Positions 19,483 to 29,814 are shown, counted from the first letter of the stretch. The stretch is DNA of 64,000 nt from Candidatus Bathyarchaeia archaeon (GCA_049517415.1 JBEKSC010000001.1:64001-128000), one strand, 5' to 3'. The notes: generated by a model from the letters alone, not told the origin. Numbers and translations: made by a program.

Positions 19483-20355
19483 ATGCCCATGCCGGAATTC
19501 AAACTCAATCCGGAAATGACGCTCGGACCTATTTCCTTGAAGGTAAAGAATCTAGGTTCTATGCTGTCCTTCTACGAAAAGGATCTTGGCCTCGTAGCCC
19601 GCCAGCGGGACAAAGAGATTGTTGAGCTTAGTCCCAGCAAATCCGCGGAGCCCATTTTAGTTTTGAGGCATCTTCCAAACGCCGAAAGACCGCCCGATGA
19701 CGCTGCTGGACTCTACCATTATGCGTTATTGCTTCCAAATCGGAGAAGCCTAGCAGCCGCCTACCTTGCTATCGGTAATGCAGGGATAATTTTTGACGGT
19801 TTCGCGGATCACCTCGTCAATGAAGCATTGTACCTGACGGACCCTGAAGGAAATGGAATAGAAATCTACGCTGACAGGACTAGGGATTATTGGAAATTTG
19901 ATGAAGACGGCTACGTGGATATGACAACACAGCCGCTAGACATTGATTCCTTGCTAAAGGAAGTGCCCGACGCACGTCCGGATGGTTTGAAAGCGATAGC
20001 TGACGGAACCAAGATGGGCCACATTCACTTGAAGGTTACCGACCTGCAGAGGTCAATCTCCTTCTACCGTAGCGTGATGGGCTTGGATTTGATGACGTAC
20101 TACGGAAGCGCTGCGTTCCTCTCCGTTGGGCGATACCACCACCACATCGGAATGAACACGTGGGAAAGCCTCGGAGGAAAACCAGTCGAGAAGAACTGGG
20201 CGGGTCTGGAACACGTAATCATTACAGTTCCACGCGAAAATTTCAATGAGCTATCAACCATGTTGGCCGACAGCCCCATCGCACATAATGACGGAAACGG
20301 GCAACTCTTCATCTCGGACCCCGATGAGATTGCGTTGATAGTCAAGTGTTCGTGA
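19483..20355 (+). CDS. VOC-family protein, CatE-like catechol 2,3-dioxygenase/glyoxalase
   Basis: GLYHYALLLP, DHLVNEALYLTDPEGNGIEIYADR, MGHIHLKV, YHHHIGMNTW. Confidence 0.88.
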   Translation: MPMPEFKLNPEMTLGPISLKVKNLGSMLSFYEKDLGLVARQRDKEIVELSPSKSAEPILVLRHLPNAERPPDDAAGLYHYALLLPNRRSLAAAYLAIGNAGIIFDGFADHLVNEALYLTDPEGNGIEIYADRTRDYWKFDEDGYVDMTTQPLDIDSLLKEVPDARPDGLKAIADGTKMGHIHLKVTDLQRSISFYRSVMGLDLMTYYGSAAFLSVGRYHHHIGMNTWESLGGKPVEKNWAGLEHVIITVPRENFNELSTMLADSPIAHNDGNGQLFISDPDEIALIVKCS

Positions 20356-20367
20356 AGCCTTCCGAGA

Positions 20368-20745
20368 TCAGCCAGTTGATTTGACTACGTAGCATGATTC
20401 CCTGCAGCCGAAGATCCTGTAACGCCGCTGAGCCACCCAATCATACAATCGTTGAGCGAAAGGTGTTCCGAACAGACTGCAAAGGAAGCTGAATGGTGTC
20501 AGGAGCTTGCACACTTCCACTAATGCAAAAGGGCCACTTGCAAGTGACCCGTCTCTTCGGATGAGGCACATGCGACCCTGAAGAGCCTCATCCGTCAAAC
20601 CGTATGCCCGCCGCACCTCTGACCTAAGGTTCTGGAACGGCGTATACTGAACAAGCTTTTCACCCCGCAGCGCGTGAAGAAAACGAACAGCGCCCGTACA
20701 TAGGTTGCAGACCCCGTCGTAGACCAAGCGTGGTTTTTGGTTCAC
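20368..20745 (-). CDS. DCC (DUF393) family thiol-disulfide oxidoreductase
   Basis: LVYDGVCNLC, LYDWVAQRRYRIFG..C; start uncertain. Confidence 0.85.
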   Translation of the reverse strand: MNQKPRLVYDGVCNLCTGAVRFLHALRGEKLVQYTPFQNLRSEVRRAYGLTDEALQGRMCLIRRDGSLASGPFALVEVCKLLTPFSFLCSLFGTPFAQRLYDWVAQRRYRIFGCRESCYVVKSTG

Positions 20746-20780
20746 GGAAAGCAACCCGAGTCTCCTCGCAGAAGGCAATG

Positions 20781-20945
20781 CTAGTTTTTCTTGCCCACGC
20801 TTGCGTACAGGAAATCGGCGGTACTCATAGCCGGAGGGGTGTATAGGTGCGTGAATTTGCATTCGTTACAGTACTTCATTCCACATTCTTCACAAAATCC
20901 GGTAGGCCTCTTCCCGCTGCCGCAAGCACAAACCTCCGTGCTCAT
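20781..20945 (-). CDS. 54-aa Cys-rich zinc-finger microprotein (not in ORF track)
   Basis: MSTEVCACGSGKRPTGFCEECGMKYCNECKFTHLY...; B-box-like CxxC-x4-CxxC-x3-H spacing. Confidence 0.7.
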   Translation of the reverse strand: MSTEVCACGSGKRPTGFCEECGMKYCNECKFTHLYTPPAMSTADFLYASVGKKN

Positions 20946-21069
20946 TTGGACCCCACGCTCACAGCCAACAATCCTCCCAAAGGAGCGTCAGCAATTATCC
21001 TTTCCGTTTGAGGTAGTGTTTTGCAAGTCGGGTCGTAACCGAGAAGTTTTCGCTGAAAAGGATCTACCG

Positions 21070-21714
21070 TTACTGGCCGCTCTTCGCGTGCCAGAGATAC
21101 AATGAGGCTATAGAGCAATACGGATGCCAATTGCTCGCAATCTCCTCAATCTTCTTCGCGGTAGGAAGTTTGCGCAAGGAGTACACCTTCTTGACCGCCA
21201 GTTGAATCCCAAGGTCATCGACCGGAAGAACATCCGGCCGTCCCAGCGTGAAGAGCAGATACATGTGCGCCGTCCACGGACCTATGCCCTTGACTTCATC
21301 AAGTACTCGAACTACTTCAGCGTCATCCATCTCCTTGAGACGCTCAAGGTCCAACTTACCATTGGCCACCCGCGAACTCAAGTCTTTGAGGTAGCGAACC
21401 TTCTGCGGAGAAACCCCCGCTTTCCTCAATCTTGATACGTGGATCCTGTTGAGGGTCTTCGCCTCGATTACTTCGGATCCAATCAGAGCCTTCAGTCTAC
21501 CAAAAATTGCCCGAGCGGATCGGCCGCTTAATTGCTGAGAAATAATCGCTTCGACCAGCGATTCAAATGGATCTCCTCCAGCCTCGAAATCGATCTGACC
21601 AAGCTCTTCGACGAGTTGCCGAAGCTTTGGATCAACCTTAGAGACGTGCTTGGCACCCAACTGAAACGTTCGGCGTTCGTTAATGTTAGGGAAAGGCATG
21701 AGCATCTGCCGCAA
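21070..21714 (-). CDS. alkA: DNA-3-methyladenine glycosylase II (HhH-GPD)
   Basis: IISQQLS, VKGIGPWTA, GRPDVLPVDDLG, WHPYCSIASLYLW. Confidence 0.9.
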   Translation of the reverse strand: MRQMLMPFPNINERRTFQLGAKHVSKVDPKLRQLVEELGQIDFEAGGDPFESLVEAIISQQLSGRSARAIFGRLKALIGSEVIEAKTLNRIHVSRLRKAGVSPQKVRYLKDLSSRVANGKLDLERLKEMDDAEVVRVLDEVKGIGPWTAHMYLLFTLGRPDVLPVDDLGIQLAVKKVYSLRKLPTAKKIEEIASNWHPYCSIASLYLWHAKSGQ

Positions 21715-21737
21715 CTTCGATGCCGAAGATAAAAGAG

Positions 21738-22829
21738 TTAGAGGCCTGCGAATTGCGCGACTTCACGAAGAGTTGGAAGTTTAGCATTCTTGTTGGTTAG
21801 GTAGAGATGGGCGCAGGCGTTTGCGAAACGGAGCCTATCCTCGGCTTTGAATCCGAGAAGGTGCCCGATTATGTCTCCCGCATCCCAAACGTCGCCTGCC
21901 CCAGTTACATAGCCGCTGATTTTTCCAAACGAATCTACCCACACGTCTCCCTGGTTGGTTGAAGTGGCGCTCCCGATTGGAGTATGAATGTCTACCCCGA
22001 CGTGAAGGGAGCCGTGAAGCAGCTTTGACACTCTAATTACGTCACGACGATCATATGAACGCCGCAGTCCCCCGACTGAAAGCGTGCGTGCTATAATTCT
22101 AGCCTCGTTCTCGTTTAAGCTCATTACGTCAACTAACCCTTGATCAAGAATGTTTCTCGCGAGAGCTCTGACCCTACTCTCTGCGCCGGTCACATCTGCA
22201 AGGTCAATGAAATTCAACCTGCCTTCCCGGCCGTTTAGACCAAAGACCCTGCGCGCAAGCTCGTTTCCTTTCGTATTAGAGGACCAGTTCACGAGAGCGA
22301 CGCAATCAGCTTTCCTCAGGGTCATGGCGTCGTGTCGAGTGAGTTCTTTACCATCGAAATGCGAAATGTCACCGACATCGCTGAACATGACGTTGACTGG
22401 TTTCCGTTTGAAGCGGAATTCTAAGGCCATCGTATAACCTGGCCGGCCCTCAATGACCCTGACCTTGCAGCCTGCAGGTGGGGTTGAAAGTACGGCTCGT
22501 GTTAGCGAATTTCCCACACAGTAAAGGTTTGTTCTTGCTGACAGCGATGATAAGGCGTACGCAAGGTTTGTCGCGTTTCCCCCTTTGACCTCTGTCTGAA
22601 AGAGGCCTCGCAGGTTGCCGCCCCCTGACGCCGCCTTCAACTCAACCTGCCTAATCAGGTTAGGGAAGGCGGGAACCCGAACTATCCTGTCAAAATAGAA
22701 ATCAGGAAGAACCGACACCGTGAGGTCAGAAATTCTCTTCCGGAGACCCAATGTTTCCGCCTGATCAATTACCTTGTTAACCAAACCCAAACCTTGTACT
22801 AAAGAAGTGGTAGTCGGACTGCCTCCCAA
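21738..22829 (-). CDS. PfkB/ribokinase-family carbohydrate kinase
   Basis: GGNATN, SLNENEA, TGAGDVWDAG. Confidence 0.85.
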   Translation of the reverse strand: MGGSPTTTSLVQGLGLVNKVIDQAETLGLRKRISDLTVSVLPDFYFDRIVRVPAFPNLIRQVELKAASGGGNLRGLFQTEVKGGNATNLAYALSSLSARTNLYCVGNSLTRAVLSTPPAGCKVRVIEGRPGYTMALEFRFKRKPVNVMFSDVGDISHFDGKELTRHDAMTLRKADCVALVNWSSNTKGNELARRVFGLNGREGRLNFIDLADVTGAESRVRALARNILDQGLVDVMSLNENEARIIARTLSVGGLRRSYDRRDVIRVSKLLHGSLHVGVDIHTPIGSATSTNQGDVWVDSFGKISGYVTGAGDVWDAGDIIGHLLGFKAEDRLRFANACAHLYLTNKNAKLPTLREVAQFAGL

Positions 22830-22879
22830 GTCTTTTATTGTCAGTTATCTAACTTGATCCTTCTAGTTGAGCGGGATCT

Positions 22880-23332
22880 ATGAGATTCATCCTGACGGCT
22901 TCGCTTTTTCTTGCGCTGGTCTTGATTGGAAGTAGGTTGGTGTTCGCCCAATCGACGCAGCAGTACTACGGTGGGCCAGGTGGAGAGATAACGGGCAGGG
23001 TAATCGGAGTTAACGGCCAGCCCTTTGACTGGGCGACCATCTATGCCAGCAACAGCCAACAAACGTTCGAAGCATTTTCTGGTATGAGTGGAGTCTACCT
23101 GATGCGAGTTCCCGCCGGAACATACAAGGTTACAGTGAGCGTTCAAGGATACACGGCTAACAGTGCTACTGTCAATGTCACTGACAATACATCAAACACT
23201 GTAAACTTCTATCTTCAGCTAGCCGTCCCTGAATTCCCGCCAGCAATAGCACCCTTGCTCATAGCGTTCACGGTTGCATTGGTCTTTTTGATTTTCAAGA
23301 AAACATATTCGAAGTCTATGCCCACAATTTAA
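22880..23332 (+). CDS. Secreted carboxypeptidase-regulatory-like (beta-sandwich) protein with PEF-CTERM-type sorting tail
   Basis: Signal peptide; GEITGRV..VPAGTYKVTVSVQGY; C-terminal VPEF + TM helix + basic residues. Confidence 0.78.
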   Translation: MRFILTASLFLALVLIGSRLVFAQSTQQYYGGPGGEITGRVIGVNGQPFDWATIYASNSQQTFEAFSGMSGVYLMRVPAGTYKVTVSVQGYTANSATVNVTDNTSNTVNFYLQLAVPEFPPAIAPLLIAFTVALVFLIFKKTYSKSMPTI

Positions 23333-23359
23333 TACTGCGGTTGGGCTGCGTTCTTTTCC

Positions 23360-24841
23360 ATGTCAAGTAATCCGGCTATAATGGAAATTGTTGAGAAAAA
23401 TAAACCCATCTGGGCGCTAGATCATACTTCGGCGCTGCTTGAATGGGACATGGAAACTTACATGCCCCTCGGATCATCGAAGTCTAGGGGCTTCGCGATG
23501 GCTCAGACGTCGCTTATGAAGCAACAACGCACGATTGAATTAGCCGACCTTGTGTTGAAGGCGGAAAAACTTGGGGGCATGAACGATTATGAACGGGGAG
23601 TTCTGAGGGTAGTTAAACGCGAGCTTGACTACTATATGAAAATCCCGCCGAAGCTCTTGGAAGAGCTAAGGAGAACTGCAATAGAGGCCACAGTCGTCTG
23701 GAGGGAGGCGAGACGAAAATCTGACTTCCAGATGTTCAAAGGTTATTTAGAGAAGATTGTTGACCTGAAGAAACAGGAAGCAGAGAAACTCGGTTACAAA
23801 GGACACCCCTACAATGCCCTCATGAACGAATTCGAAGAGGAGCTCACAACAACTGACGTCGACCGAGTCTTCTCACACCTCGTCCCTAACCTCAAGAGGA
23901 TTCTCAGCAAGGTTGTTTCCGAAGGCAAATTTCCGAGCACGCACCCCTTGGAGTCAGTTACCTATGATGAAGCCGCTATGAGGCGTGTGAACGTTGAAGT
24001 CCTGAAGCTGCTTGCAATGCCCGAGAAGACTTTCAGGATGGATGTTTCTACTCACCCCTTCACCACGAGCATGTCAGTTGATGATGTGCGGATTACAACA
24101 AGGTACGAAGGAAAAGACTTCAAGGAATCCCTGTTCTCCACTATCCATGAATCAGGCCACGCGATCTACGATTTGCAAGTAAATCCCTCTCTAGAATACA
24201 CTCCACTCTCTAGAGGCAACTCACTCGGCGTTCATGAATCCCAATCGAGGTTCTGGGAGAACTTCATAGGAAGAAGCAAAGAATTCACAAAACTAGTTTA
24301 CCCAACATTAAAGGCAAACTTACCCTTCGTCTCGGGCTACAACGAAGACGAGATATACAGGTACTTCTGCGCGGTCAAACCAAGCCCAATCCGCGTCGAC
24401 GCAGATGAGCTGACATACAATTTCCACATTGTATTGAGGTACGAATTGGAAAAGAAACTAATCGGCGGAGAAATCACGGTCTCCGAAGCCCCGTCACTCT
24501 GGAACGACCTGATGGAGAAATACGTCGGCGTCAGACCCAAGGACGATGCGCAAGGTGTTCTCCAAGACGTGCACTGGAGCGGGGGAGGTTTTGGATATTT
24601 CCCAACATATTCGCTGGGGAATGTCATAGCCGGAATGTTCTTCCAACGAATTAAGAAAGACATGGATACGAAGGAACTGGTGAGAAAAGGTGAACTGGGA
24701 AGAATCAAGACTTGGCTGAAGGAAAAAATACACAACTACGGCGCGACCTACTCTCCCAAAGAACTCCAGAAGCGGCTGTTCGGCGAAGAATACAACCCCG
24801 AATGGCTGGTCAAATACCTGGAAGAGAAGTATACGGCCTGA
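23360..24841 (+). CDS. Carboxypeptidase M32 (Taq-like)
   Basis: HPF, DVRITT, HESGH, HESQSRFWEN, IRVDADE, QDVHW, GYFPTYSLG. Confidence 0.96.
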   Translation: MSSNPAIMEIVEKNKPIWALDHTSALLEWDMETYMPLGSSKSRGFAMAQTSLMKQQRTIELADLVLKAEKLGGMNDYERGVLRVVKRELDYYMKIPPKLLEELRRTAIEATVVWREARRKSDFQMFKGYLEKIVDLKKQEAEKLGYKGHPYNALMNEFEEELTTTDVDRVFSHLVPNLKRILSKVVSEGKFPSTHPLESVTYDEAAMRRVNVEVLKLLAMPEKTFRMDVSTHPFTTSMSVDDVRITTRYEGKDFKESLFSTIHESGHAIYDLQVNPSLEYTPLSRGNSLGVHESQSRFWENFIGRSKEFTKLVYPTLKANLPFVSGYNEDEIYRYFCAVKPSPIRVDADELTYNFHIVLRYELEKKLIGGEITVSEAPSLWNDLMEKYVGVRPKDDAQGVLQDVHWSGGGFGYFPTYSLGNVIAGMFFQRIKKDMDTKELVRKGELGRIKTWLKEKIHNYGATYSPKELQKRLFGEEYNPEWLVKYLEEKYTA

Positions 24842-24921
24842 GCTAACCTAAATGCTTCCGCGCAAGGCCGTGCACAAGTAATATAGAGTTACGACGAGAG
24901 CTAATGATGCTGTGAGAAGCC

Positions 24922-25194
24922 ATGCCCCGCAAGCCCAAACGTGACCCGCCAGTCGCGGCAGTACTTTCCCTTCTAGTTCCAGGGTTAGGGCAGATGTACG
25001 CTGGCAGATCAGAACGTGGCGCATCAATCCTCGTCGCTGGAATAATAGTCGGGACTTTAGCGCTGATATGGCAGACCCTCTTCATCTCCTTCAGGTCGGC
25101 TGGAGGTTTCTTCCCATACAGATTCGCTCTCACCACTTACGCGCTAGTCTTCTGGGTTTGGCAGGTAATCGACGCATACAACCTGGCAAAGTAA
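24922..25194 (+). CDS. Small TM2-like membrane protein
   Basis: AAVLSLLVPGLGQMYAG...IDAY. Confidence 0.75.
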   Translation: MPRKPKRDPPVAAVLSLLVPGLGQMYAGRSERGASILVAGIIVGTLALIWQTLFISFRSAGGFFPYRFALTTYALVFWVWQVIDAYNLAK

Positions 25195-25473
25195 ACTCCC
25201 CGCCTTCGATGGGAAGGGCCAATCATAGCTCACGTGCACCTTGGCGCCGCTTCAACTAAGAGGAGCAACTTATCAGCAACCGTCAACATAGGATCCAACA
25301 GGGTATCCTCATCAGGCCTCAAACTCAAACCACACAAAAATTTCACACGTCCAATACAACCATAAAACCATGCTGACGAAAAAGAAAATGCAAGGGAAAC
25401 AGAGATTCGTCTAAGGACGAGAAAAGGTCAAAAATTCCAAATGATATATCAGGGATAGGAAGACATCTTCACC

Positions 25474-25914
25474 ATGCACTACGACGGCTCGTTCGAGGTG
25501 TCGTCATCCAAGGATGTGGTCTACGCCTTCGCGGTAGACCCGGCCAGGATTGCAGCGATACTCCCTGACGTTCAGGACGTTAAGGTAATTGATGCCGACA
25601 ATTTTTCTCTGAAGGCAAAGCTTGGAATTTCTTTCGTTAAGGGCTTAATGGATGTGAAATGCACTATTACCGAGAAAACGGCATCCACTTTCCTGAAACT
25701 GAATGCTACGGCAACCGGGCTTAGTAGCGTCGTCGAACTTGAAAGCCGCTTCACTATGGAGGATACGCAGGGCGGGGGTACCCTAGTGAAGTGGGCTGCC
25801 GATGCGAAGATCGTGGGTTTAATGGCGAGGGTTGGCTCTAGGCTGATTGACTCCGCCACGGAGAAGTACGTGACGCAGATGATCAATTCTCTGAAGCAAA
25901 AGCTCTCTGAATAG
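25474..25914 (+). CDS. coxG: CoxG/SRPBCC-family protein
   Basis: DP.RIA.ILP, VGLMARVGSRLID; adjacent to coxMSL-like genes. Confidence 0.85.
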   Translation: MHYDGSFEVSSSKDVVYAFAVDPARIAAILPDVQDVKVIDADNFSLKAKLGISFVKGLMDVKCTITEKTASTFLKLNATATGLSSVVELESRFTMEDTQGGGTLVKWAADAKIVGLMARVGSRLIDSATEKYVTQMINSLKQKLSE

Positions 25915-25937
25915 AACGGAGTCTTCTGCGACGGGAG

Positions 25938-28250
25938 TCAGGCTGATGGTTGCGCTGGGGCGCGGTTGGCTCTCAAGGCGGAGAATATTTCGTCTGGCGT
26001 AGCAGGGGCCATGTTCACTTCTATTCCCGTTCCGATCTGAGCGAGCGCGTCGTTTAGAGCGTTTATGATAGCTGGATAGGAGGCAATCGTGCCGCTCTCT
26101 CCTACGCCTTTCGCGTTGTTGAGAGTTATTGTTGATGGAGTCTCTTGATGGAACATTTCGATGTTCGGGACTTGCTGAGCTGAAGGGATTTTGTAATCCA
26201 TGAAGGTAGAAGATAATGGATTGCCGTCCTTGTCGTAGACAAGGCGCTCCGATAACGCGCCACCTAGGCCGTGCACCACACCTCCGTGCACTTGCCCCTC
26301 AACTATGGTCTTGTTTATCATCCTGCCGCAATCTTCAACCACCAAATACTTTGAGACATTGACTTTACAGGTTTCGGTGTCTAGGGTTAGGGCGCAGAGG
26401 TGCACGGCGCTTGAATAGGTCATTGAGTTCAACTTGAATTTCGAATTAGCTGAAATTTCCCCGCGCGGCATCTTCTTCACGACTTCGTTCAACGCCAAGA
26501 GCGGAGCATCAGGGCATGTGAGATCTACAACCGCGCCGTTCCTCAGATCGAGGGATTTTTCGTCAACTTTGAGAATCTTTGATGCCCTCGCGATAAGCTT
26601 CGATTTCAGTTTTCGTGACGCGTCTACGACTGAACTTCCGCCTGTTACGGCGGACCTGCTCGCGAAGGTTCCAATTCCATCGTGAATCTTGGCAGTGTCT
26701 CCCCATACAACTGTTACTCTGTCACGTGGGACACCTAGTTCCTCTGCCGCGAGCTGGGCGAGGGTTGTCTCAAGCCCCTGTCCATGTGGCATTGAGCCTG
26801 TGTAGACTGTTATTCTACCAGCTGCGTCCAGAACCACTCTCGCAGTCTCGGTCAGCATTGCCCCGGTGCCTTGTAGCTTCAGCGCGATCCCGAGGCCTGC
26901 TAATACGGGGGTGCTTCCTCCGAACTTTGAGTGTGTGTCGCTTTTCCATTGCAGCAATTCTTTGTAGGATGATGATTCGACAAGAGTGCCCAGAAGTAGC
27001 GGATAGTTCGCGCCGTCGTACACGGAGCCGATGCCGTTGTCGTACGGGAACTCCTTTGGCTGGATAATGTTCCTACGCCTGAATTCGATCGGGTCTAATC
27101 CAATCTTTCTGGCCATTATGTCCACTGCACGTTCGATGAAGTAGCATGCTTCTGGTGCCCCTGCTCCTCGGACGGGCCCCAACGGCGCCTTGTTCGTGAC
27201 ATAAGCGCCCACCTTTAGGTCCAAGTTTGGTATCTTGTACGGACCAGGCATCATCCAGATCGTCAGTGATGACATGTGGTTATGCGTACCAGAAACGCCA
27301 GCATCACATTCTACTCTTGCTTTGAGGGCAACGATTTTTCCGTCTTTATCGCATGCAAACGTGATATCGCAGTACTCGTCCCTACCGGATGCGGCCTCCA
27401 GCAGCTCCTCTGTCCTCGTCGCTGTCCATTTCACCGGAAGCCCAGTCTTTCTGGCAAACAAGCAGGCAAGCAGAGGTTCAGGGTAAGACTGCGATCCCTT
27501 GCTCCCGAATCCTCCTCCGACGTCCATGGCTCTGACGTGGAACTTCTCTTTGGGCGCTTGCAGCTCTGAGGCCAAGAGCTCTTGGAGTCCATGTACAGAC
27601 TGCACAGTCGCCCAGACTTCGTAGGCATCGTCTTCCTTGTCATATGCGGCCAAGACTGCACGTGTCTCGATGGGTGCGCTTGCTTGCCTAGCTATCCCTT
27701 CTCGTGCATTGATCACATACGCGGCGGATGAGATTGCTTTCTCTGCGTCGCCCTTCTTCGCTTCGTCGGTTAGCGATATGTTATCTTTCCATTCTTCGTA
27801 GAGTATCGCCTTACTCTGCTTCGACTCCTCAATCGACGTCACGACTGGAAGCGCTTCGTACTCTACTTCGACTTCTTCGATCAGATCTTCCAACGAATTC
27901 TTGTTCCTGCTCAGGATCGCCGCAACGGGTTCTCCTGCGAATCTCACTTTGTCGACGGCTAAGTGGTAGCGCTTTGCGCGTCTCTGCGGGGGCCATTCGT
28001 CCTGCGTAATTGGAAGTACACCTTCCTTGAGTAAGTCCTCTCCCGTAAGTGAAGAGATGAAGTCGGGAGATTTGCGCGCTTTCGAAAAGTCAATGTGTCT
28101 TATTTTGGCGTGAGCGAACGGACTTCGAACAATTCCCAGGTATGCTTGGTTTTCTAGTTTGAGGTCATCGACGTAACGTCCTCTGCCTGTGATGAGCCTC
28201 AGGTCTTCCACTCTGCCCTGTATTTCGTCATCACCAGAATTTGCAGTCAT
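25938..28250 (-). CDS. coxL: Xanthine dehydrogenase-family molybdopterin-binding large subunit (CoxL-like)
   Basis: EDLRLITGRGRYVDD, DVGGGFGSK, VRGAG, HGQGLET, FASRS, KGVGESG. Confidence 0.9.
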   Translation of the reverse strand: MTANSGDDEIQGRVEDLRLITGRGRYVDDLKLENQAYLGIVRSPFAHAKIRHIDFSKARKSPDFISSLTGEDLLKEGVLPITQDEWPPQRRAKRYHLAVDKVRFAGEPVAAILSRNKNSLEDLIEEVEVEYEALPVVTSIEESKQSKAILYEEWKDNISLTDEAKKGDAEKAISSAAYVINAREGIARQASAPIETRAVLAAYDKEDDAYEVWATVQSVHGLQELLASELQAPKEKFHVRAMDVGGGFGSKGSQSYPEPLLACLFARKTGLPVKWTATRTEELLEAASGRDEYCDITFACDKDGKIVALKARVECDAGVSGTHNHMSSLTIWMMPGPYKIPNLDLKVGAYVTNKAPLGPVRGAGAPEACYFIERAVDIMARKIGLDPIEFRRRNIIQPKEFPYDNGIGSVYDGANYPLLLGTLVESSSYKELLQWKSDTHSKFGGSTPVLAGLGIALKLQGTGAMLTETARVVLDAAGRITVYTGSMPHGQGLETTLAQLAAEELGVPRDRVTVVWGDTAKIHDGIGTFASRSAVTGGSSVVDASRKLKSKLIARASKILKVDEKSLDLRNGAVVDLTCPDAPLLALNEVVKKMPRGEISANSKFKLNSMTYSSAVHLCALTLDTETCKVNVSKYLVVEDCGRMINKTIVEGQVHGGVVHGLGGALSERLVYDKDGNPLSSTFMDYKIPSAQQVPNIEMFHQETPSTITLNNAKGVGESGTIASYPAIINALNDALAQIGTGIEVNMAPATPDEIFSALRANRAPAQPSA

Positions 28251-28252
28251 GA

Positions 28253-28771
28253 TCAGGCACCCTTCTCTACGCTTTCCTGCATGCTTTTCGCGGCGGCCTT
28301 GATCGACTTCAGGACGTTGATATACCCCGTGCACCGACAGAGGTTGCCTTCGATTCCCCTGCGAATTTCGTCCTCAGTCGGGTTGGGAATCCTCTGTAGC
28401 AAAAAGAGACTGGACATCAAGAGGCCTGGGGTGCAGTATCCGCACTGCAAACCGTGGTTCTTCCGGAAAGCATTCTGAATCGGATGAAGCTTGTCCCCCT
28501 CCGCTAGACCCTCGATAGTGAGTATGTCTGCTCCCTGAGCTTGAACCGCTAAGACCATGCAGGACTTGACCGTCCTGCCGTTCATCATGATTGTGCAGGC
28601 GCCGCAGTGACCCGTATCACAGCCTATGTGAGTTCCAGTCAGATTTAGGTCGTCTCTGATGAAATTGACAAGGAGAGTTCTTGGTTCAGTCATCCCGCTG
28701 TACTCCCTGCCGTTTATCTTCATAATGACCTTCACGGTCTCGGATTTCGTCGGTTGCAAGATTGCTTTCAC
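28253..28771 (-). CDS. coxS: [2Fe-2S] small subunit (CoxS-like)
   Basis: [28 protein letters not shown]. Confidence 0.94.
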   Translation of the reverse strand: MKAILQPTKSETVKVIMKINGREYSGMTEPRTLLVNFIRDDLNLTGTHIGCDTGHCGACTIMMNGRTVKSCMVLAVQAQGADILTIEGLAEGDKLHPIQNAFRKNHGLQCGYCTPGLLMSSLFLLQRIPNPTEDEIRRGIEGNLCRCTGYINVLKSIKAAAKSMQESVEKGA

Positions 28772-28772
28772 C

Positions 28773-29636
28773 TCATTTGACTCTGCTCAAAGCGAGCCTG
28801 AGTGATCTCCTGGTGAGTACTTTGATCATTTCTAACCTGTATTCGCTGCTACCATGCACGTCTGATGGTGGGTCAGCACCCTCAGTTGCCTTCTCAGCTG
28901 CCTCTACAATCATCTTGTCGTCGAAGGTCTTGCCCTTGAGATGTTGCTCTGCAGACGTGGCTCTCAAAGGAGTTGGCCCTGCTGCGCCGAGACCAATCCT
29001 CACGTCTTTGCAGGCATTTCTGTCACCCACGGTCAATACGGTTCCGACGTTCACAATCGCGGAATCGTGCTCTCTTAGACTGTGCTTGATGTAAGCGGAA
29101 CCAGACTTAGGCGGAAGGTAAGGTAGTCGTATCTCCGTCAGAACCTCGTCGTGGCCAACAGCAGTCGCGAAGATATCTACAAAGAAATCCTGAGCAGGAA
29201 CCACTCTTTCACCGTTCCTTCCTTTTATCACAAATTCTGCGTCCAAAACACGCAGCGCTGTAGGTAGGTCGGCAGCCGGGTCAGCGTGACACGCGCTTCC
29301 GCCGACGGTGCCTAGGTTCCTGGTTTGCTGATCTCCAATCTTGCTGGCGGCTTCGTTCAGAATCGTAAACTTTTCTTTGATTGTTAGACTGTGCTCTATG
29401 GTGTCGTGGGTCGTAAGGGCCCCAATCGCCAAGCGATCCCCATCTTCTCGTACATAGGAAAGATCTGAGAGCTTGGAGATGTCAACGAGAGCCGTAGGTG
29501 CGGCTAACCTCAGCTTCATTAGGCCTAGGAGGCTTTGCCCCCCAGCAAGCACCTTAGCCTCCTCGTTTTCACTCAAGAGTCGGATTGCTTCCTTGAGAGA
29601 TGTGGGCGCGTAATAGTCAAACTTTTTGGGAATCAC
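28773..29636 (-). CDS. coxM: FAD-binding medium subunit (CoxM-like)
   Basis: [31 protein letters not shown]. Confidence 0.93.
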   Translation of the reverse strand: MIPKKFDYYAPTSLKEAIRLLSENEEAKVLAGGQSLLGLMKLRLAAPTALVDISKLSDLSYVREDGDRLAIGALTTHDTIEHSLTIKEKFTILNEAASKIGDQQTRNLGTVGGSACHADPAADLPTALRVLDAEFVIKGRNGERVVPAQDFFVDIFATAVGHDEVLTEIRLPYLPPKSGSAYIKHSLREHDSAIVNVGTVLTVGDRNACKDVRIGLGAAGPTPLRATSAEQHLKGKTFDDKMIVEAAEKATEGADPPSDVHGSSEYRLEMIKVLTRRSLRLALSRVK

Positions 29637-29645
29637 GCGAAAGCC

Positions 29646-29814
29646 TCATTCGAGCTTGAAGAGCTTCATGGCAGTTTCACCCAAGATCATCTTCTTCTCT
29701 TCCTCAGGGATGCCGAGTCCTTTGATATTCTCGATGATTCTCATTAGGCAAGGATTTGGAAAGCGCCTCTATGTATTCCTTTGGATAGAAATGGTTGAAA
29801 ACATCAATGATCAA
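29646..29814 (-). pseudogene. Internally deleted amidohydrolase-2 (ACMSD-like) gene remnant
   Basis: N-terminus MIIDVFNHFYPKEYIEALSK joined out of frame to C-terminus IIENIKGLGIPEEEKKMILGETAMKLFKLE*. Confidence 0.72.

Noticed and set aside
25938..28250. Aerobic form I CO dehydrogenase
   Set aside because: Lacks AYxCSFR, and no coxDEF is adjacent
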